Shown: piece by piece, positions 13,786 to 25,058 of the stretch | Layout of the letters: the number at the start of each line of letters is the position of its first letter | Position numbering within the stretch: the stretch's first letter is position 1 | Source: Takakia lepidozioides | Lineage: Eukaryota > Plantae > Bryophyta | DNA: 64,000 nt | NCBI GenBank assembly: GCA_030704615.1 | Contig: CM060732.1 | Span: 38,812,001-38,876,000, forward strand | Direction: 5' to 3' | Position numbers and translations under genes: made by a program | Notes under the pieces: generated by a model | What the model was told of the DNA's origin: nothing | The model's input: the letters and a program-made list of their open reading frames with translations, nothing else | Database searches by the model: none

Positions 13786-14754
13786 TTAGACACAAAATCA
13801 AAGTTATATAACAATTCTCGCACCGAACTGGATCCATCCCTTCGATTCATTGTACATGTACATGCATATTGTACTTTATTTCTATGATTGATCAAATATG
13901 ACTGTGGCTGGTAGTCTTTCCAGAAAGAAGGCAGAGGCAATGAATATGTTGGAGCAACACATTCTTTGCCGGCGTGCCATGAAGAACCTGAAAAAAAGAC
14001 GAGTAGACATTCTTCTCAATATGCATGGGATCTAGAAGATGGTGAATCTTCAAGTCCTACATATGTCCCCACCCACAAAGACTTACACAAATTTTTTTAC
14101 GTGAAAGTGACAATGCAACGCATACCAAATGTGCAATATCATATGCATGCATAGGGATATTGACGGTGTTTTTGTGGAATATGTACCGCCCAATATGACA
14201 ACTCGTAGAAGATTGAAAGTCGTTTCATGCCGGGCACGTCCACTTCACCGTCCGTGCCCACATGGGCCTCCTTCCATCGGTCCTCCTAAAACTGCCCGGA
14301 CGGTGTCATAGAGGGAGGGGGGGGTACTTCCTCTTTGCCATCAAACAAGTGTTTCTCTCTTCTTCTCCATGGATGGCTCATAGGAAGAAATTTGCGGTAG
14401 TTGGGATACACCATCTTGTGAAGATGGCGGGAGCTATGTGCATCAAGATCATCGCCACAATGCAAGCATGCATGGTACCTTTTGGTGCTTAGCCCCGAGC
14501 AAACAGTTAGTCATGTACTACACATCCCACCACATTAGCAAAAATAAAAAATTGTCATGTGCATGGCCCATAATGTCATCTACCCCACTACGGTGCACAA
14601 GACTGTCGCCGCTACTTCAATCAATCCCAATCCTCATCGATATTATCCGGCATTGACAAGTGAATGTACGCGGGTTGGTCATGGGGAACATAATATTTGT
14701 CCAAAGCAAGATATCTCTCATCTGAAAAGATTGTCTGGCCATAAGGTCAAGTGA

Positions 14755-16312
14755 AGCATCCATAGCTCCTTAAGTTCATCAACAAGAGGTCGCAAGTACG
14801 TGTCCATGTTTGCCACTTGTTTTTTCCCTATGAGCCATTCACATCATTGTTTCAATGCTTTACCAATATGCAAATTATACTACAAAATGAATTACACGTC
14901 TTACTCCATGATTATGTCACTCATCAATCTTGCATCCAAATTGCGTCAGAGATCAGAAGTTTAATGTAAAGTCTAATGCAATAATAAACATGAAATGAAT
15001 ACACTTACCTGGCACAATGGCAGCCAACATGATATGGCCTTTTTTAATTGAAAGATACGGAGGGATGTTGTAATTCACCATGGTCACCGGCCAAGTGGAA
15101 TGACTACATGACTGGACAGTGAATGGGTTGACCCCATCCGAGGAGAAACCGAGGTGGATATGTCATGGGTCCTCCAAGAGAAAAGGCCACATCTCTTCAA
15201 TATGCCTCCATGCTTGTGAATCTTGTGGCCCGCACACCTTTTCTGGGGGGCTCCGATGCGAGGTGTGCCATATCATGAGTCTGGCTAATTCGGGGCTTCG
15301 GTACCGTGCCCTCAATTGCGGGATGATCGAAACGTAATGCATTTCTAGGATGAAATACCCCACGCCCCCCACATGTAATCATCCCATTAGCACACATAAT
15401 ACAACACCCTTATGCTTTTCCCTTTATGCAGCCTCTCCCTCATTTGGGTGTTAATGGTTAAAACCGAACGTCGCTCCTTCCACTCCTCACTCACTCTTTC
15501 CAAAACCACAATCAGATCTTGCATGAGTACTACTCTCTAAACCCTAAACTTTGTGGAATACACTTTACATACATTGAGAAGATTAAATAAAGTAATCTCC
15601 ATGCGAGGGGGAATGGCGCTTATACCTTGCGTGGTACTTTTTTCCCTTGGACATCATCCCGATATCGGTCTTTCTTGCACTTTGGGCACTTGGTGAGATG
15701 CGAATCTTCTCCGTAGTATAGGATTTTATCACATGGACATGCATGAAAAGTCTTATAACCCATCCCCACGGAGTCCAAGACTTCGCGCGCCTCTTTCCGC
15801 GACCGTGGCATCTTGGGTTTCAAGTGTGGAGCAAGGATATAGTCTGCAATAGTTCGCATTATGGCAGACATCCCAACATTACTTATGTCAAATCGAATTT
15901 GAAGATTGAGCAAAAATAAGATTGTTAAAAGTCGATTCACTTTCGCCCCTTCGTACAATGGAGTTCTCGCCTCCCTCTCCATGTCATTTGAGGGGGCCAT
16001 TTCAGGATCATCGATTGGCCGGGTTCCCTCTTCATGGGATGCATCATCACCCACATGATGCATGAAGAGATCCTCCATGGCTTGCACATCCTCCTGGTTA
16101 ATTTCATGCTCATTGTTGTTGTCACTGTCACTATCACTGTCATCGTCATCATCGTCCGGTACCGTAGGGGCGGCGTCTCGCCCACGGCTCCCACCTGATG
16201 TACTTGGGTTGTTTTCGGATGGGGTGCCAAGAGAAAAGACCGGGAAGGGATGGACAAAGTCCTGATACAAACAAATGAACATATGGACACATATTATAAT
16301 GTGTCTTTGCAA
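14755..16312 (-). pseudogene. CACTA transposase N-terminal half (Transposase_21 region), intron-containing, degenerate
   Basis: GMGYKTFHACPCDKILY...KCPKCKKDRY...KKVPRKV, then across GT-AG introns IIPQLRARYRSPELARLMIWH...DSQAWRHI, LGFSSDGVNPF...STWPV..VNYNIPP and MDTYLRPLVDELKELW. Confidence 0.9.
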
Positions 16313-17389
16313 CCATACACTTCATTATAAGCAAAATGCAAAACAACAACCTTCAATGTGTGTGTGCATCAAAATGTCATTCAATAATTACATGTATGTG
16401 CGTAACGTACACGCATGCAAAGTTTCAAACCCAAACAAAATCATTTGCCCCCCCAATGACGCATTCAACCTATCAACCAATTTTTGTTTATTAATGTGAA
16501 AGAAAATCCTGTCATGCCATTGCACCCAACAAACGAATGTGGCTCAAGCTTTATTTTTTCCTACATGTGCTTAAATATGTGTGCAACACCTGTACAAAGA
16601 TCCAGCAGAAAAAAATAAAAAATAAATTTTTTGCATCGATGACATTGATGACAAGTGTAGGGGTATGTGATTCACCTGGGGTTCCACAATCCTCACTAAC
16701 CTGTTGGTTTTTGTGGGGGCTTGTGATGGGACCAGGTGAGGATCCCTACTTGCTTTGAATTCTCTTGAGCTTGCAGATAAGGATGTGAGCAAAAGGAACA
16801 TATCTTGTGTGGCGTCATGACTTGGCTACTGCCTACAGCCCCGATTTTGGCCCGCTTGCTCCTGGTTTGACATGTGATGCTTACTTTTGACTTATGTTTT
16901 GCTGCCATTGATGGAGCATTTTGGCCTGGCAGGCCTGTCTCTTGAAGCACAACATTTGAATCTTACCCTGTCTTGAATCTTTGACAGCATTGCCTGTGGA
17001 TTCTTAGACTAGGTATAATTTTGGCCTTAAAAAAAGAATGATGGTTTAAGGGTAAAGACATCAGTGGCTGTTAAGTTCTAAGGAAGAGGAGGCCCTGTTT
17101 TTGTAAAGATGGCAGCCTGATAAGGCAATGACAGGCCTCATTCAGGCCAGGATTTGATGTGGAATGGAGTATAGTGAGGTTCTATTTTCCAAACATGGCA
17201 TTTAGCCTCCTGGGAAACAGTGGTGGTAAGCTCTAATGGACCTTGGCCAGTGATTAGTTGTCTCATTTTGCCATCAAAACAGCTACCTGCATTGTATGAT
17301 TTATTTTGGCCAAGTGGGCTTGGTCTCAGGCACTCAAAATGTATGTGTGTCCATATCTTGATGCTGTAACATGACATGCCTTTCTTCCA

Positions 17390-17809
17390 TGCCAAAATGC
17401 CTTACATGATGCATATCTTGGGGCAACTGTACATGGTGTAGAATGAAGTTGCAGTCTGTCTTGTCATGCCCAAAGTGGGTCACTTGGTTGCATGTTTGGA
17501 GTCTGATTAACTGCAGGCTAGTCCAGCAAGATTCCTGTGTACACAGATCTTGAATATGTACAATGGCAGGCTGTTCTTACCTACCCAGAAGGCCTTGCAT
17601 GATGCACGTCTTGGAATACTTACAATTGGCCAAATGTGAAGCTACAATATATTTTGTCATGCCCAAGGAGTTTACTTGGTTGCATGCTTGAAATCTGATT
17701 AATTGCAGGCTGGTCCTTCAAGGTACTTGCATGAAACATATCTTGAATCTGTAGTAGAACAGGCTGTTCTTATCTACACAAGGAGCCTTGCATGATGCAT
17801 GTCTTGGGG
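17390..17809 (+). repeat. ~193-bp tandem repeat array inside the CACTA (continues at 29220-29430 after the MULE insertion)
   Basis: GCCTTRCATGRTGCAY recurs at ~17399, ~17592, ~17785 and ~29395. The unit is broken exactly at the MULE TSD. Confidence 0.8.
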
Positions 17810-18098
17810 GGGGAATGCTTGCGCGTGAGCCTGGCCTGTGAGCCTGGCTAGGCTCACGCCACGTCAGCAAGCATCCACGTGTTCAGGCCCTAATTCCGTG
17901 CTCCCCCCCCCCCCCCCCCCCCTATTACCGCGGTTCCGTGCTCTCACCCCTATTACCGTGCTCCCCCCCCCCCCTTTTTACCTGTCCGTGCTTCCCCCCC
18001 CCCCCCCCCCCCCCTATGTCCTAATTTTCTATCCCTCTTTACTGCCCCCACATGAATATTCCTTGTGGCCGAGAACAATGGCAGGTTTGCGGATGAAT

Positions 18099-18320
18099 TT
18101 TGTGGGAGATCCTGACTTTGGAATGAGGAGATCGCCCACTACAGAACTGAATCTGAAAAGAAAAAATGTTTTTTTGGCAAAGCAGTACATTCACTCCAAC
18201 ACACAAACATTTGTGGGAGATCCTGACTTTGGAATGAGGAGATCGCCCACTACAGAACTGAATCTGAAAAGAAAAAATGTTTTTTTGGCAAAGCAGTACA
18301 TTCACTCCAACACACAAACA
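18099..18320 (+). repeat. Perfect 111-bp tandem duplication
   Basis: TTTGTGGGAGATCCTGAC...CACACAAACAT occurs twice back to back. Confidence 0.9.
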
Positions 18321-18837
18321 TTTTTCAATTCCGCACTCCGAAGAAATACCGTAGGCAATCCCTAACTGTACTTACGGGAACGCGCAGAGAACTTGAAAAA
18401 CAGTATGGGATGGAAGCAAAGCCAAAACACAATTTATTCAGCCTCAGTACTTGAACCGTCAAGAAATATTGGAGGTTTCAGAGGAACCACTGCCAGAGTT
18501 AATAGCAATATCATCTATGAATACAGCAGCACATACATGACGTTTTTTTTTTCCACGACCTTTATGGAGATGCGAATACAGTGTTTGTTCGGATAACACC
18601 CGTGCGCAAGCTTCCGCGTAAACCGGCAAGCGGTTGGATCTAGGGGGACTCGGGGACATGTAGTATCCTTGGAATCCGAAAGGTGTCTGCTGATTCAATG
18701 ACTGGTGCAGAACTCTGGAAAGGAACAAGAGAAATGGTGGCAGATGTTAACATCCAGATATAGACAATGTTACGCAATTTTTTCGAACGGGAACGACACA
18801 AGGAAATGCCACATATTTTGAACGACTACAGAAGAAC

Positions 18838-21800
18838 TTACTCACACTCAAAATCGGAGTCCACGTCCAGATCCTCGTCAGGCGCTTCGGGCTCCTCCAG
18901 AATTCCCTCTTTGGATGGGGTAGAAGTAGTGTCCGACTCAAGCTGACGAAGCTCGCTCGAGAAGAGCTCCGTATCAGCTTCCATGCCGAAGAAGTGCCTT
19001 CCGGCGCTCTTGCAAGCATGAAAACATGCTCCTGCAAATCCAAGAAGAACGAGAAATAAAAACAGGGTTTCCCTAAGGTTACTGCCCATATGTCAATCAC
19101 AATGTAAAGTGCCCCACCTGTGCCCATAGACAAGTCGACCACTCGTCCACCATGACGGCTGCATGTCTCCACCAAAGTCTGCATGAAAGCTGGAGATTTC
19201 TCCCGTGCACCTCTCCAAGGGACACCAATCGACCTTTTCATAGTTCGACCTGAGTCCACGTAATTGAAGAGAACATCATCCTCCATAGGCTCGCAGGTGG
19301 GGTCAATATGAGCTGCAAGGTCCCTCATCTGGAACTCAGCAACACCAGGAGGAAGAGTGTCCTTCCGCCTCACCAGGCACAAAGCTTCGAACGCCCGTGT
19401 CTGTCAACAATGAGGAAGAGAGCATGAGACAGAAGGCATAACCCGGCATTTTTATTTACCGAAAAAACAACGAAACATGAATTGAAAGGAACCAACTCAC
19501 TTTCTGCCCCGGGAACTCGCCCTTCGTAAGAGGCAGAGTATTGATGCATGTCCAAGTTTTGATGACACGAAACCCGGAGGCTTTCATGTAGCTGAAAAGA
19601 GTTCTTCGGGCCGACATGTCCTTTGACTGCATGAGAAGAAGAGCCCCCGAGTCCGAAAGGAATTTGTTGCTGAACGAGAAAGCCCACTGCCAATAACGAG
19701 AATCCGATTTGTTCCAAGTCGGGGTCGAATTGGAAGGGAACACATCAGGGACAGGATAACCATCAGGAATGTCCAGCACCACAAGGTCAGTCGCGTATGC
19801 CTGCTGAACTCCATTCACCCATTCCGGTTTTTTTGTCACCTACAGGGAAAAACAGGAGACAGTGTAAGAAGCCCAATCCAAATCGAGCAGGAGATCAATC
19901 CCCTGGAAAAGCCACAACAAGATGCCAAAACACAATTATTCATACAACAGTTTAGACACAAGTGTTTACCTGAGTGAGGAACGAAACAAGCATGTCCCAT
20001 GATTTCGAGGGCACCCCTTTGAATGTGGACTTCCTGGACTCCATCATTGCAAGAAAACTTTCATTCAGCACCCTACGATTGAACTGGCCCAAAACCCTGG
20101 AGGGATGTTCTCTCGCCTCGTAAGGCTGCTCCCTCGACTTTGATGTTCTCCTATCCCTCCTTGCGGGAGAAGGCTCTCTGACAGGAACCTCTGACGGTCC
20201 CTGTCCTTGCGGAGCTGCACTTTTCCCCTTCCCCTTAGGATCCCCGACAGTCTTCCCCTTTCGTTTTGGAGTGGCAGTTCTCTCGGGCTCTTTTGCAGCC
20301 AGAGTAGAAATGATTCTGTCCTGAATGTCTTTGTCTGCCAATGGGGCAATCGCTGCGGCATTGTCGTTCAGGTTTCTCAAAACAACTTCATCAAATGGTG
20401 TGTCCTGTTTTGGCATGTCGAGGTACCACCCACAGTCTCTGAAGTGCGCCCTGCTCCAGTCTCTGGCAATACCAGCCGTGTACATTGTCTTCTCATTGGA
20501 GGGGTCAGCCCATGAATAGATGAAGTCTGGGTCATCGCTAAGGTACTTTCCCGGTATGAGGATATGATACATATACCTGAATCAAACACCAAAAACCCAA
20601 ACAGTCAGTCAATCGGAAAATGGAAAAGAACAGACATTCAGAAGAAGATATTGAAATAAAGGAAGGGAACACCTGGTAATCAACTTTTGCTGTCCAGAAT
20701 CAACCTTGCGTTGACGCAATGTTGATTCGAGCAGAAATGGGAAACACCTAGTGGTTACGTTGTATTGATAGAGACAACGACTGACAAGTGCAATACAACA
20801 TTGCGTCAACGCAATGTTGTTTTCACTCACAGATGAAATGGGAAACAATGCCTGAAAACCACCATCTGACTATGTACTGCTATGGATATTCAACATTGCG
20901 TTGGCGCAATGTTGAATTCCTTTGTTGAAACAAACATCGATAATATATCTGATAATCGAAAGTCTCCTACAATTGCATGGAAGTTGGGGGATGAACAGGG
21001 ACATTTCCATCAATCCATACCGCCAAACAACCTTGCGTCAACGCAAGTCTGTTTGTTGGCATAGTGAAAGCTGAAAATAGCATTTGAAATAGACTCCAAA
21101 CATTGTTATGTTCAAGTTGGCAGAATTGGATCTGGATTTGAACTGCCCCAAACCAGAGGAAAAGGTACATAGTCTGCGTCTCATCAACATTGCGTTGACG
21201 CAAGGCTGATTTTCCTGTCCATTCACCCCCATTCACATGCAATAAAACGCCAGTATGGGATACCCAGATATAGGTAAGTGAAACCAGGACCATGGGAAAC
21301 AACTTTGCATCAACGCAATGTTGCTGGACAGCACATTCAGAGCCCCCAGAGATCCCTCAAAGCCATGCAAATTCGCAAATCTGAAAGTATGACAGAAGAT
21401 TGCAGATGCATGCCCTTCAAGTACCACAATTGAGTAAGGAGATCACACCTGTACAACACTCGTTTCATTGCTTGCTCGCTGTTCAGCTGGTTTTTGAACT
21501 CGTACGATCTGGAGATTCCTTTGTCTTTTTCAAACTCCCTGAAGAAGCAATTGTTCCAGACAGCGAGCTTCCACCTCCTGATATAGGCCTCCAGTGTGAT
21601 CCGGGGGCAAGCCATCTGGATTTTGTAGTCTGCCATCGACTCAGCAAGTGCAGCCACTGCACGTTTTTCTAACTGCAACAAGAAAGCTTGTAAGAATTTT
21701 GGAGAGGTTGGGAGCGGAATTACGGAGCAACACACATGTCTGAAAATGGTTTGGTGGTATCCTTACCTGGCTCCAAAATGTGGCTTTGTGTAGCCACTGG

Positions 21801-24410
21801 TCGAATGTCTGGTCGCTTACAACTTTTATTGCTTGTGTCTTCGGGTCTCTCTCTGGAGTTGGAAACATATTCGTGTCTCTCACAAGAGGATCCGAGTTCC
21901 ATATCTCCAACCACCTGATTTTCGTTGCATTGTCCACCATTGAAATGGAAAGGCGATGTAGTTTCTCCTGAGTCATTTCTGGCTTGGAGCCAAACTTGTC
22001 ATAGTGCACTTTCACCTGCTCCAGAAATTCTGTGCCAAGCCCTGGATCTGCTATCCTGATTTGTTTGTCGAATGCACTCATGAGGTTCTTCCTTTGATTA
22101 TTCATCTCGAACTTCATCGTGTCCTCAAGCCCAGATGCAGACCGCTGCTCTTCAGTGTGGGAATCATAGTACTCAGCTTTCGCCTTCAAGCCAGTTTCTG
22201 CTATTTCTTGCTGCATACATTGCAGGTAAAAAGAATGAAACACTGTCATTACTTGTGAGAAAATAGTAACAACAGGTAGTGTCAAGAAGCTTGCAGTGTC
22301 AAAAAGCAAGCAGTGTCAAGAAGCTTACAGTGTACATGTAGTCAAGGAAAGCCTCCCTTGTCAAGCTATACCATGTGCTTGTCTTCTTCTCAGCACACCT
22401 CTTCATCTGCTGTGGACTAAGCACGTTCGTGAATGACTCCAGTGGCATCAGCCCTACCTTCTGGATGCGGAATAGAGTGTGGCACAGATTGGTGGTCACA
22501 TGAGATGTTTCGTTGGACCTGGAAAAACCGTCAACTCATAAGATGATTTCTAATTGTCGAAACGAGGAACAGACACAAAGATGGAGACTTACTTGTTTAT
22601 GTCGTGCATGGCTGTCAAGAGCTGCGTGACATGCCCTTTGTGATCCAGAACCATGGAAACCACGCTCCAGTGCCATTCGATGTCGTCAGAGTGCATGCTT
22701 GAAATGTAATCCATCCAGGCAAGCAGTCTGTGGTTCCCATCCCAGACAAAAAACATCTTCCCCATGAATGCTTTTGTGGAGGTCTTCTTCGACAGCTTGA
22801 ACTCGAACTCCCTGTTCACATCCCCCCAGCATTCATCCCAACTTTGCTCAATGTCCTCTGTTACAAGACACTCCTCTCCTTTTGTGTTCATAGTGGATAC
22901 GTAGAACACTGCTGATCCCTTCACATAGCCGTGAACAAAGTCGTTCTTCAACTTTGTTATATCGTTCCTCAATGCCGGTCAACAGCGGGCATGGATATCA
23001 TCCTGCAAAGCGGAATGACCAGGTTTCCGCCGGGAACCTCCATCGACAGAATCACCTTCGACGAGTTCACTTTTTGCCCACCCATTATCTCCTCGGCCTT
23101 GTCTTCATAGTGTCCTTCCAGTGACTCTTCATCACCTTCACCTTCTGAAGCGGCCAAATCTTCCCCCTCGGCTTTCCTTTTTCTTTTCCTCTGCACAAAA
23201 TTAATAATCTGTGAGTGTGAGATTGAGCTCCCATGCATCAACCTTGCTTTGACGCAAGGTTGATTGATGGGGAAGTAACTTAGACTGAAAGGCATACAGG
23301 AAATACGTTTGGACCCAAATTATGTTTTGCGTTGACGCAGGGTTGTTTTGGGAGCCTCGAAGAATGAACTTTCCCTACCTTACAGTGAGGAGAGTGGGAT
23401 ATCGGACGCATCCATTGTGCAAAGATATCATGAAAACCAGCCTTGCGTCAACGCAAGGTTGATTCCTGTGCAGCCTCTGTTGGTTTCACTACAAGCTCTA
23501 AACATACAATATGCAGGTTGGGATCAACCTTGCGTTGACGCAAGGTTGATTGTGAGCTGTCTTATCGGGGTTCAGCGAAGCAAAAATGTACAGTAAATGG
23601 AGACTCCTGTCTCTGCTTCCTCTTTGAAATCCATGATGCGTCGGAAGCATCCATGTCTCTCTACCTTGATTGTAGTGCAGTTTCTACACTGTTTTATGCC
23701 CAGCAAAAAAGCATTGAGGTCGACTTCAACCTTGCGTTGACGCAAGGTTGATGTCCACCTCAATGCTTAGCATGAAACCGTACAGATTGTGGTGCAGTTT
23801 CTGCACTGTTTTGAGCCCAGCAAATACACTTTGGAGGTCGACTTCAACCTTGCGTTGACGCAAGGTTGATGTCGTCCTCAATGCTTAGCATGAAACAGAG
23901 AGAGAAAAAGACAGAAACAGGGAGAGAAAAAGAAAGTTCGTAGCTACCTGGGGTTTCTGCTTTGCACTTGATGATGCTCCTGTCGCGTTCAATTTTTCCA
24001 TGCGGTCTTCAGGTAGCATGCTTCCAAGGAGGTCGCGATGGTGCGAAACAGGGGCAGACGGCCGCGTTCCTACGTCCGTTTGTTCTCCCTGGTCTTTGAA
24101 GGCCAGGTTCTGTACACTCACTGCTTCCTCCCGAGCCCAGCTTACTTCCTCCTCATCCCCTCCTTCGATTGCAGGTTGCTCGTCTGTCGCCTCCTGGATC
24201 ACTTCAAGACCTTCCTCTCCACACTGCGGTTGCTGTATCCTCTTTTGCCCTGCCTCTTCCTCATCTCGCGGGGTTTCTTCTCCCATTCTAAGCTCCCGTC
24301 TCGCCTTTCTCATCCTCTCCTTAGCGCGTGCCCTTTCCTTGTTTGACGTGAAATACAGTGTTCTTCGACGCCTGCTTCTCCCTCGAAGTAGGGACACCGT
24401 CTCTGCGGAA
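18838..24410 (-). CDS. ParB/Srx-like domain + beta-class N6-adenine/N4-cytosine DNA methyltransferase-like fusion protein (transposon cargo; one frameshift; start codon uncertain)
   Basis: Exons joined in frame by GT-AG introns: ~24410-23948, 23190-22593 (1-nt deletion ~22975), 22518-22329, 22210-21767, 21672-21425, 20576-19970, 19839-19501, 19400-19118, 19031-18838. ParB-like VRPALRNDITKLKNDF...FFVWDGNHRLLAW. MTase motifs in beta order: DLVVLDIPDG (motif IV), FLSDSGALLL, GFRVIKTW, FEALCLVR, EKSPAFMQTLVETCSRHGGRVVDLSMGTGACFHACKSAGRHFFGMEAD (motifs X-I-II). Confidence 0.85.
20700..21323. repeat. Intronic array of 6 palindromes CAAC(C/A)TTGCGT-NN-ACGCAA(G/T)GTTG
   Basis: Copies at ~20700, 20795, 20889, 21027, 21183 and 21300, within intron 21424-20577. 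The intervening sequence is non-repetitive. Confidence 0.9.
23237..23870. repeat. Intronic array of 6 palindromes TCAACCTTGCGTTGACGCAAGGTTGA
   Basis: Copies at ~23237, 23326 (degenerate), 23436, 23523, 23725 and 23843, within intron 23947-23191. The last two lie in a ~118-bp tandem duplication. Confidence 0.92.
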
Positions 24411-24539
24411 TCCAGGGTTGCAAAGAAAATGAGTTACTCAGGCAAAACGAACACTATCTGAGGTTCATCGCGGGGCCTTCAACGCCAAGATGTTCGCTCG
24501 GACCGTTCAGTGCGCCACCGACTCAATCCACATGCATGG

Positions 24540-25058
24540 CGAACACGTGTCTATGTAGTCGTTATGTAAAACGGCCGGAATTATTGAAACATCATCCTTC
24601 CAAAAATGTAATCGGGGTATCTCTACCCCTATGTTTAACGGCGGAGATCAATGAATCATCATCCTTACAAAATTCGTTGGGGTCTAACCCTATGTTTAAC
24701 GACAGATATCATTCAAACATCATCCATCCAAAAATCGTTAGGGTGTAATCGACTCTCATCTGAAAAAATTCATTGTTGGGTAATTTAGGGTGGAATGTTC
24801 CAGAGGAATGAGAATTATATTCAGTTGTGCAGCGGTGCAGTCGCCGTCAAAATTGAATGGAAATGGGCATCTCTTCTGGCCTCCCTGACATGACAACGAC
24901 ATTGGCGGCTCTGTCAGTGAATCTGTCAGCTATTGCACTGGTGGTGCAATTCTGAGAGAACAATTGTGTATGAGGACGCCAAAACTCCACTCTCACACAA
25001 CCTGCATTCAGAAGCACCATCGGACTTTGAACTGTACTTTCTGTAGCAACATCGACAT
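24540..25058. promoter_or_regulatory. Putative bidirectional promoter between the ParB-MTase and transposase genes
   Basis: Short spacer between divergent genes. Repeated ACCCTATGTTTAACG (~24625, ~24687) and CATCATCC motifs. Confidence 0.45.

Noticed and set aside
17838-18365. 175-aa proline-rich ORF
   Set aside because: Produced by poly-C tracts and a 111-bp duplication in the MULE subterminal region.
18838-24410. Bacterial contamination as the source of the ParB-MTase
   Set aside because: The gene has eight in-frame GT-AG introns, sits inside a TSD-flanked eukaryotic MULE and has a paralogue with the same intron positions.
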